DNA of 20,274 bases from Azolla caroliniana (Eukaryota > Plantae > Polypodiophyta): contig JBHGNT010000574.1 of NCBI GenBank assembly GCA_043228905.1, positions 1-20,274 on the forward strand, in the 5' to 3' direction. The position numbers and the translations under genes are program-made. Under the pieces are notes generated by a model that saw only the letters and a list, made by a program, of their open reading frames with translations, had not been told where the DNA came from and did not search any database. This document shows positions 10,669 to 20,274 of this stretch, piece after piece (the first letter of the stretch is position 1; every line of letters starts with the position of its first letter).

Positions 10669-11264
10669 TTCGTGATGTGCATGAATACCAAGAGGTCATA
10701 GCTCTCTCTATGTTGAATGCTTCTATTCTTCTTATAGTTGGCCCTTTACTCATTGCCATTCAATCTTGACATATATTATAAATGTCTAAACGTGCATTTG
10801 CAATGGAACCTATGAATCTATGGGCTGCTTCTAATGTTTCTTCAGATGTAGCATAGAAATATGAATTCTATATTTTGAGTTCAAAGCTTTTTTCTATTAT
10901 ATAATTTTAAGGATACACTGATATTTGGCAACTGCAACATTGAATTACTGAAACATGATGTTTATCAGTTAATTAATGGTGAAAAGAATAAACACCGTCA
11001 CTGATGTTATACCAATTTCTACACTATTGTCAGTAGTATCACACAATCACATCAGATTTAATGAACCTCCTTGATTGTTATGTGCTGTCATTGCAATAAT
11101 CTGCACAATCAACAGTTTCTATGATTAATGCCACAGGTGATGGTATTATTATGTTGTCATGGTTTCTGCAGTGTCCATTGTAACGGGATGCTCTTTCTGC
11201 TGTCATTGGCCAAAACGTTTTGTAAGCCAATCTTTAGAGAAAGATAGAAATATAAACATTCCAA

Positions 11265-13143
11265 CTAACATGATTTAAGAGCAGAAACCTGGCTACTTAA
11301 AGTCCATGGATCAAATTGGCATGAAAGAGTGCTGCTGTTTATAAGCTCCTCCAATTTATGCTTAGATACACTATACTCTTGTTTGAGTTGTTGGAATGCT
11401 TGCCAACATCTGCTCACATCAAAATATCATACCCTATTGGTTATTTTAAAACATCCAGGTAAACAGCAAGTAAGAATATTCTCTTACTCTACTATAATCT
11501 ATGTTGCTTCAAATTTCCACACTATGTTTTCAGAGCTTAATGTTTTCTTACCCTTGCAAATCACCCAAATCACAAAAGCTGCGGAAAGCAACGCAACAAT
11601 TCTTCATCCTGAGAACTCCTAGACTGCGAACCCTCGATGATAAAACAAGTTACTTCCCTAATCAGCTTGCGGAATCACAGGGTAATCATTGAAAATGCTT
11701 GTTCGACACATCAAAATTCATTTCAAGATTGTTATAGCATTATGCACTTTAAGCTTAAGTACACCATTATGCGTTACTGCCAGAGCAGGTTCACTATCGA
11801 TAGCCTATAGGCCATGATCTGGACATAAACTTTAAAATATATAATGAAGTGATTGTAATCCTACATATTTATCAGTGATGTGATCTTTAATCACTAATTT
11901 ATTTGATTGTTTTTTACATGCCATCCTCAGTTAAACAAATGAAGATATCAAACCAACCTTGCACTACTTCCTTTTAACTGATGCACACATGCATCCACGA
12001 CTTTGAAGTCGACCGGATCTTGGGTTCTGCATGACCATAAGCAGCATGAGCATTCAATACACATATGCATACGATGCAATTGAAATGTAATAGATCTTCA
12101 TCCTCTTCAGATAAGGGGTTCAGGTTTATTTTAAGTTTCCAAGTTCCAATTACTTGAAGAAACATAGGTATTCATGGTCACATGGGTGTGTATGTGAAAC
12201 TTTAAATTAGGAAATTGGGCCACATTCCCATGCATGGAAACTCTATTGGTATGTGCGATGAGTACACGAAGTCCCCTTTTAGGATTATTTCTCAAATTCC
12301 TACTGCTTGAAGAACCTATTGGTATTCTCATGTTTCATAGATAAAGCTGCGACTGAGTTTACAATTTCATGAAGAACCTACGATTATCTTATTAGTATGG
12401 CATACGCATGTTATGTAGGTTACATCACAAATTAGGATTAACAACTTTCAATTACTTGAAGAAACCCATTCGTATTTACAGGTAAATGCCACCATTTAGA
12501 GATTGGGATTTGTGTAGGTCCAATGCAAAAAAAAAAAACCATGAGAATGTAGCATATATATTTGTATACGATTAAATACTATGTATATGTAGAAGACATA
12601 CAGAGCCTTCATAAGTTCATTGATAAGCCTCTCCGAGTCTTCAAAGTAAAGCCCAACAACCTCCACCAGAAAGTCAGGGTTGCTCTCGTCTTGAAGTTGA
12701 TGAAGTTGAATGAATTGGTCGTCAATAAAACCCTAAAAAAGCCAGGCTCATTTTGTTCATTGAGGCCAATGGTACCGATGACAAACCTCTCTCATAAAAA
12801 TAAACCATATTTAGATCTCTCTTTCTCTGTCTCCATGTCATGGTGCTAAGGTTTCAACATAGAAAGAAACGTATATCTTCTTCTTTTCTCTTGCCTCTTT
12901 TTATGTGAAAAAACAAAGCAAAAGTAGAAATACTATATTTTCATGGAAAAATAAATCCTGAAGGATTAGAGACCATTTGTTATGCACACACAAAACAAAG
13001 TTAGGGTTTCATCCACAAACACAAGTTTTGTGTTGACGCACACATGATCAGAAAACAAGCGAGGAAATAAAACAAATGAAGAGAGACATTACCTGTTGAA
13101 AGAGAGAGGTGAGAAGTTCTGCGGTGTTTTTAGGGACCTCCAT
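11265..13143 (-). CDS. AHP: Histidine-containing phosphotransfer protein (AHP/HPt, cytokinin two-component relay), spliced
   Basis: GT-AG exons in consistent phase: 13143-13093 (MEVPKNTAELLTSLFQQ), 12732-12602 (GFIDDQFIQLHQLQDESNPDFLVEVVGLYFEDSERLINELMKAL), 12026-11958 (TQDPVDFKVVDACVHQLKGSSAS), 11623-11552 (LGVLRMKNCCVAFRSFCDLGDLQG), 11409-11265 (CWQAFQQLKQEYSVSKHKLEELI...stop). The HQLKGSS motif carrying the phospho-accepting His is intact. The 3' end is uncertain; a possible extra exon lies at 11231-11157. Confidence 0.93.
12147..12478. repeat. Four degenerate short repeats in HPt intron 2
   Basis: caattacttgaagaaac at 12147 and 12449; related ctgcttgaagaacctatt at ~12303 and caatttcatgaagaacctac at ~12362. 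Confidence 0.55.
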
Positions 13144-13492
13144 ATCCTCCAAAAACAGAAACAAATAACAGAAAGACTTTTTCAACCAGAGGAAGAAGGA
13201 ATAGAGAATGAAGGAAAGAACAAACTTTGATTTAGTGCCATCAAATCTTGTCAGAATATTGGAGGTAAAGAGAGATTCTGGACCGTGATGATGATGGGTC
13301 TCTTTCCCTTCCTCTGATTATATTCCATAGTGGACACGCCCCCATCATTATCTTCTTCATGACCATGACTCTGTTCTGACTTTCTACTTACCCATGTACT
13401 CTATCTACCATTAAAAATACTAGTAGCAAGCAACGCTTCATTCACATAAGAGTCCTCTTCAATTATTAGTACAAGCCATGACTATATTCCCA

Positions 13493-13731
13493 CTCTCGAA
13501 GTTCTCGACACACACAAATTCACACACACACTCTCTCTTAATGCTCTCGACACACGCATTCACACTCATTGCCAATGCTCTCGACACACGCATTCACACA
13601 CTCACTCTTGATGTTCTTCATACACACATTCACACACTTGCTCTCGATATTCTCGACACACGCATTCACACTCGATCTTGATATTCTCGACACACGCATT
13701 CACACTCGATCTTGATATTCTTGATACACAC
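13493..13731. repeat. Minisatellite, ~7 units of ~34-40 bp (core TCTCGACACACGCATTCACAC)
   Basis: Exact 34-bp units gatattctcgacacacgcattcacactcgatctt at 13646-13679 and 13680-13713, with more diverged units either side. It lies ~350 bp upstream of the HPt start codon. Confidence 0.9.
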
Positions 13732-14868
13732 TTTTCGTGCCTTAGCTCCGTCTCGCTACCAAGAGGCACATCAAAGCTCCCTTCACACCTTGGGATGAGA
13801 GTCCCACTTCTTCTGGACTCATGTTTACATACAAGGTCATGGATTCAACTCTGTACTTTTTCTCAAATCTTTGCTACTCCATATATCACACTGCTCGTAG
13901 ACTACTTGTGCCATTAGTGCATCAAAGTGGCATCACCATCTCAAATATGGTCTTTTAGCAAGAATTGAAGCATATTAAAACAAAATGACAATACAAAATT
14001 TGCTTGTTGTTGCTATTGCATCAATGAGTATTTCTCAACAAATGTTCATGTAAATCAAAACAATATTACAACACAAAAAGCTCAAGTTGTCTTAATTACA
14101 ACAATGAGCACCTTGTGCCAAGGTAAACCAAAAAAGTATTGTGAGTTTTAGTTAAATAAAAACAACTCCTTTCAAGATAAGGTTGGGAAAAATTGTCAAC
14201 TAATATTCCATGCAGATTATCAAACAAAAATTAATTTCTTATACTAAATATCCAAATATCTAAGGCAATCAAACACAACTTTACATGACAGAGAGGGTAA
14301 AACTCAGAGTCCATGAGCAAAAACCCTATGAAAGGATAACATTTTTGAAGATAACATTGCCCAAATTAACAATTGTTTGCCACTTTCAACACTAGGCATT
14401 GAAATCTGAAAATGTAGACACTCCTTGGAATCATAGTCCCCCAATTACCAAGCACTTCCACCTTACACATCACCAACTCATAACAATCAATTGGTTTACC
14501 AAAAAATACAATCTTGTGATCCACTTAAGAAAAATAACACAATAGTTTTTTCAAAATTGTTAATTGATCTCCCATCTAATACTTACAAATTAATCACTAC
14601 AAATTTACCACAAACTTGTAAAAGCGCTTATAAAAGTTCTATGGTTGTATATGAACAAGAAGACAAGCTTGATGTCCATTACTTGGAACTACTTATGATC
14701 ATCATTTCATTCTTTGGATTTTAGTCCACATATATGTTCTCATTGTACGAAAACAAAAAAACATCCCATCAAGTTAGTAATGGTACGCTTACTATCTTAA
14801 ATTAAACTTTTCAAAAAGAAGCAAGGCTGATCATACAATGTAGTGAGAGTAGCTATATATGTGGAAAC

Positions 14869-17800
14869 CTAGGAGTTGCATGCTCTTTCATATTTGCTTC
14901 GTAACTTCTCCAGCTTCTTTTTTAAAGTTATGCATTTGTCAACCAAAACTCTCCTTTCCTTTTGTTCCTTCTGTAACAAGTAAAAGTAAATTGCTAAGTT
15001 TGATTCATAATGTTTTTACGATACATGCTTATATTACTTTTTGTATCTGACGATTCCATAAAAACATTTAGTTAGGGCCTTAAAGATAAAGGGAATAGAC
15101 CATTTAATTATTTTGTTTTGAAAATAGTGTAGCCTTTTCTATTTACAGTACAAAGCCAAAAATGTGGCATTCTATAGCGCACATGTAAAATGTAATGCAA
15201 CTTCATGGAGCAACTCAGATAGAATTGAATTTTGATTGCCTCGAAAGTTATAACTTCTTTGTACCTCATAGGCAAACTCAAATTGTGCTGATCTATTTAC
15301 AGTAGCAATCAGAACCCTTGATTGTTTGTTCAACAAATCCTCTAAACTGTCAATCTTTTGTTGGAGCTCAATCGTTTTGGTTGCTTCGTTCTTTGCAAGT
15401 GTTTCTATACACATTCTCTGCACATCTATTTTCCAACAGAAACAATGCTATGAGAGAAAGAGAAGAATATATGAATACTATGAAATCAACATGCATTAGC
15501 ATCCAGAATGATAAGGTAACCAAAAGAATGATCATGATCAGTGCACTAAGCCCTCTAGTTAGGTTTTATCTCATACCTAAACCAAAATCAATGGTTTGAA
15601 TCCATTCCAATTCTGCAATTTAGGTTTTAAATAAACAATTACAATAACTTTAAACTTATGAAAGATATAGGCAGTAGAATTCCCTGATATTTGGTAGTAT
15701 ATCATCTCCAGTCTCCTGGTTAGATAAGTTCCCATATAAAACAGAAAGTCAAGTGTGAAATTCTGTTTCAACCCTTTCACAAAAGAGTATTTTCCATTGC
15801 ACCATTATACGCACAGATTTATACTTATCTGACAGCACACTTTTAAGAGATGATCTTTGGCTGTACGATTCTATGTTTGGATCATATTATACCCCTATCA
15901 TGGTTTTCCATTTTGGCTGCTTCAAGGCATTATTCATGTTGCACTCAATCATCTCTAACATGAAACAAAATTGAGTTCATGCTCAGCCCATCTTTCTTCC
16001 TTTATCGTCTTTGATGTTCTCAGTTATTGTTCTATTACCATCTTTGACATAGACTCATCCCAAACCTAACATGAAAGAGTTATCCTGTGAGAGGCTACAG
16101 TTCTCAACCTCTAATGAAATGCTTTCACAGATTTTCCACTCGTAGCCATCCTCAGAAGACACATATATGCCTCGAAATTTCAGATTCTACAGCAGCTCAG
16201 AGGCGAGATATCTAATGTGGTGCAAGACATGCCATCAAGAATGTGACAGCATCAGGTCTCGTTTAATTAATGAACGGACTCACAATATGTAAACACCTTG
16301 ATTACTGTGAGCCACCTGATATACATCTTGTATATGTATTTATACAATTCTAAAACTTTAATTATATGTCTGAAATAAAAAATAATATATGATGGCTTTA
16401 ATAATGTACTATAAATATACAGGACAAGAACCTTGGCATAAATTTAACTTCTAAGGATTCTTAGAACAAATTGAGGTTTCAACAATCTCTTACCAGCGAC
16501 ACTTTCTAAACAAAGCACATCTTGCAAAGATCCTCCACCATGGACACCACCGAAAACAATTAGGCGCCTTTTATGAAATGTCATTGTGTGTAGAGATCGT
16601 CCAATCATTGTTCCATTTCCTCCAATATTATTTGACGAACTGATACATGGTCTCAATACGTGCCAACATGTCCAAATATTTCTTTTGACATCAAAACTAT
16701 AGACATCTTCAAGGTATTTCTCTCCATCAAATCCTCCGTAAACCACTATATGCTCTCCAACAACTTCCATTACATGATGCCTTCTTGGTGATGGTCCTCC
16801 CTTCGTGTCAAGGAGAACCCAACTCAAACTCTGTAAGTCTATACAATGAAGATCATTTAAATGCAAAGTACCATCAAAGCCACCAAAAATGTACATTTTG
16901 TCTCCAACAATAGCAGCTCCATGACCACGGCGTTTTGAGGGAGGAGTTCCAAAATATTCAGGACAGGACCATGACAAAACGTGCAAATCAAATATCCAAA
17001 CCTCATTCAAATGGCCATTAGATGTACTATAGCCACCAAAGACTACCATGTATCGTCCTTGATAAAGGCAACTCGTATGTTGAGATAATGGACATGGTTT
17101 TGAACCTATTGAATATCTGGGCTGAGACCACCTACAAGAGTCTGAAAATATCGTGAGCATCCATGTTTTTCATGTATATTAAAAATAGATGACTACAAAG
17201 AAATTAAAATCAACAAAGACTCACTTCCATCATCTGAGAAGGATAGGATCGAAAGGTCACATGATTGCAAACTTCCATTAAAGCCACCAAACACAATCAT
17301 TTTATTCTCAAATGCACATGCTGTGTGGTTCCATATTGGTCCAGTACATGCACTTCCCATCTCCGCAGAAATAACAGGAACTCTCCATTTACCAGTTTCT
17401 ATGCAAGAAACAGAAATCGTATCAAATAAAATAATTCAATCTGTGATTCACAAGTAAATCTAAACTATCGATCTGTCATAAGTCAGTGGCACGAGCACAA
17501 GCAAGCCTGATCTAGAACCTCTAGCAAAGCAGCATCATAATAGAAGATATAAGTCGGTCTTATAGATGGAATTTGGTCTAAGTTTTATAGTTGGGTATCC
17601 CCATTATCTGTACTTTGGTTTCAAAGACACTTAAAAGAACACCATGTTACTATAATGAAAAACAAAATCCTTTTTATGGGCTTGGTACCTACAAAATTTA
17701 AAAGTAATATTGTTACCTGTATCAAAAATATATACATCATCGAATGAAGTTTCTCCATTATAACCACCAAATATAACAATGAATGTCGATAATTTATGAC

Positions 17801-18200
17801 CAGAAAAGCAGGAAATAGGTACACTAGTATGTCCAGCACGAGATAAAGGTCCATCCTCAGCTTCATGAAAGATAGGAGTCCATTGCAAGTTGACTGTACA
17901 AACCCATTACAAAATCTTGATTCCAACTAATTCTTAAAGATAGACAGTACAAAAACCAGAATATCATATTTTCCCTTTCTTACAGACACACCTTCCAGAA
18001 AAGACAGGTTATGCTGCAGTAAAGATGCAGTATTGTCTATAATTTTCTGAGAAGCATCTGCTGACCCATCTTTTCCATTGTCAAATGATGAATAGAGCTG
18101 CTCCTTCTCAACATTCAGTTTTTGACATTCTCTCAACTGCACATCAATTAGCTTCATTTTCTCTTCCAAAAGATGCATACTCCGTTGAGCACTATGGGTC
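14869..18200 (-). CDS. Kelch-repeat (beta-propeller) protein with flanking coiled coils, spliced; probably the 3' half of the Sfi1-repeat gene
   Basis: Phase-consistent GT-AG exons: 18200-17992 (coiled coil MHLLEEKMKLIDVQLRECQKL), 17893-17717 (LQWTP...RAGHTS...IFGGYNG...DDVYIFDT), 17398-17225 (GKWR...WNHTACAFENKMIVFGGFNG), 17141-16494 (four Kelch GG repeats), 15425-15265 (TIELQQKIDSLEDLL), 14970-14869 (KEQKERR...LEKLRSKYERACNS*). There are six F/YGG motifs in total. Confidence 0.88.
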
Positions 18201-19302
18201 CTATCGAAAGGAAAAGAAGAAAGTTCAAATAACTTCAAAATTTGCTAAAGGTAATAGATTCTAGGATAGTCAACAATTCCACGAATAAAATTTTGAAACA
18301 CATATGCAATACCCATTTCTAGCAAAATATGCTACATGGTGCTCTAGTTTAGAGTGCTAAGAACATAAATGATACACAATTTCTGTGAATTTGATCATGG
18401 GCGACCAGCTTCATGAGATATCATATAGTGGCACTGGCATATAGTCATCCGACTTGATGTTTACATACCCTATTGTTTCAAGCTCATACATCTATCATCT
18501 TTAGTTTTGTCAACATCATATACAGCTTTACACCTACAGTAAGGGTCAAGAACAATTTCTGCAGGCAATGGGTTTTATGCATATGTCAATCAGTGATACA
18601 ATTTTTTGCGTAAAAAATACACTCTTTGCTGTGACGGTGATACTATTTTGGGAACCAAAGGGAGGGCTTTGTTGCCTCTGAGACTTGATGCTCATGCTTC
18701 TTCTTTCAGGGGAATCACTATACTCTTCCAGCTTGAATTTTTCATTATGAGACCCCAGCGAGTCACTTCCATTAGAGAGCGCTACCCAGAAGTGAGGCCT
18801 AATGTCCATGAATTTACCTTTCCACGTCCATGGATTGAAATCATTGTTGGGTCTGAGCTGTGGTAAAGGAACCAATACATGAGTAATTACTTCAAGGCTT
18901 GTTTCTCTGCCTCGAATTTTGATAAAATATTTAAGAATACACCAAAGACTCAGAGTTAAGAATCCACTTCTAGAGAAGAACACTAAAAATTGGGACAAAA
19001 AAGTGAGACACCATTTTCTCATAAATTTGAAAACGTAAATAAATGTTGGGTTGATGAGCAGCAATGCAAATTTGAAGACGTAGATAAATTTTGTAAATCT
19101 TTTGGGCTAAAGCTATGACACAAGATTGTCCACCCTTAGCCTCCACCTCCTTACTGTTTAGCTTGATTAGGGAATTTCAAATTTAGTGAGCTAGGAAAGA
19201 AATATAAATGTAAAGAATATTGTAATCAAGACTAGAATCAAATCAGAACGAAGTATTGGTGGAAAGATATACATTCCAAAACTGGCTAAATCTTTATATC
19301 AC

Positions 19303-20274
19303 CTGCTCATTTCATGATATAGCAACCAGGAAAATAATGCCTTTTTTAAACTTTGAATGTCTCTTTGTTTTTGCCTATAGAGAGCCCATGATTTAAACTT
19401 TATAGTTTGAACAACATGCAACCGCCATCCATTCAAAGCAGCTAATCTGCAGACCATTGCAAAAGAAATATTCATACCAAAAATGAGAGAACCTTCAACT
19501 AGGTTTAAGAAGAAATAATTCTGAGCTGCATTTATTTTGCACAATAAGAACTTTTTACCCTCTTTTTGATGATTGAACTAGTATGAAATTGTTAATTAGT
19601 TTTTTCTGCAACGTTCGAGATGCCAAATGTGAAAAAACTACTTGTTTGCTGTGCCTTTCCTTCTTCATTATCAAAAATGTCCTGAAATCCCTTTTTCTTT
19701 TATTTCTACTTGCTCCCTGGAACAAATGTTGGAAACATTTTCTCTTGATCTTGTAAAGGCTACGATGTATAAATGACATACTTCTTTCAGATATTGTTCG
19801 CTTATTTTTGGTGAGCGTATACCAGCACTTAAATGACATTTGACTCAATATGGTCTCCCTCTGCTTGCTGCTTGCAAGTAAATGTGTAGCCTTTTCAACA
19901 GTTTTTCTATGAAAAAATATCCATCTAGATAAAATTGTGCATTTAACCTTGTTGGCGTAGAATTGCCCAGCCAAATATTGGTAATTTGCAGCTGTCTCTG
20001 CAAGTTGCAACCATCGATTCCATGCTTTTCTAAAATAACATCTAAACCATGCCATCTTAGCTCTATTATATTGCCGCTTTCTATATAGTGCTTTGCTACA
20101 AGCCAGCCTCCAAAAACTGTTCAATTTTCTAATCACTCCTTGAGTTCTCATTCGCAAAACAACCTTGGACACTGTCTGGGCAATCCTTTCCCTTCTGGAA
20201 AATTGGTGCCACCAATAAATACTTTGAGACATAATCCATTTCCTTCTATGAGTTAGGCATCTTTGTAATACCTG
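19303..20274 (-). CDS. Sfi1-like (centrin-binding) repeat protein exons; gene enters from beyond the window edge
   Basis: Exons >=20271-19559 and 19446-19303 are joined by a phase-2 GT-AG intron. The sequence is basic and helical, with F/L-x-x-W(L) recurring at residues 8, 41, 74, 104, 137, 170, 203, 232 and 265 (numbered from the ORF Met at 20232), mostly 33 apart. Ala sits at W-16 in two repeats, as in the Sfi1 consensus A-x7-LL-x3-F/L-x2-W. Confidence 0.75.

Noticed and set aside
12726-12736. Telo-box-like AAACCCTAA
   Set aside because: It is the reverse complement of the HPt exon 2 splice acceptor and first codons (TTTTAG|GGTTTT).
12786-12845. Alternative first exon for the HPt gene
   Set aside because: The longer ATG-initiated frames are either stopped or out of phase with exon 2, leaving only a 3-codon in-phase option (MRE); 13143-13093 fits both phase and AHP homology.
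13478-13917. Repeat array as a CRISPR, and its ORFs as proteins
   Set aside because: Eukaryotic context, no unique spacers and no cas genes; the ORFs are just translations of the minisatellite.

Overview
AT-rich eukaryotic DNA from a land plant. A fern or other seed-free vascular plant is the most likely source, inferred from an intronless H3 with Phe41 but Leu90, an AHP-type HPt gene, a plastid ndhK relic, and Sfi1-like centrin-binding repeats. Bases 1-8.3 kb are a transposon graveyard: a degenerate Ty3/gypsy RT-RNaseH fragment interrupted by a 5'-truncated LINE with a TSD, an old ndhK plastid insertion, LTR-like debris, and a second 5'-truncated LINE with a 15-bp TSD. At 9006-9416 (+) is an intronless H3.1-type histone gene with plant histone promoter motifs. 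The most striking observation lies 42 nt after its stop: a perfect replication-dependent-histone-type 3' stem-loop (AAAAC-GGTGTA-TTTA-TACACC-ACCA), an element generally considered absent from land plants. On the minus strand are a spliced histidine phosphotransfer protein gene (13143-~11265, missed by the ORF track) and a multi-exon locus in which ~33-residue Sfi1-like repeats run into coiled-coil/Kelch/coiled-coil exons. All gene models were derived by eye from splice sites and reading phase; no database searches were run.
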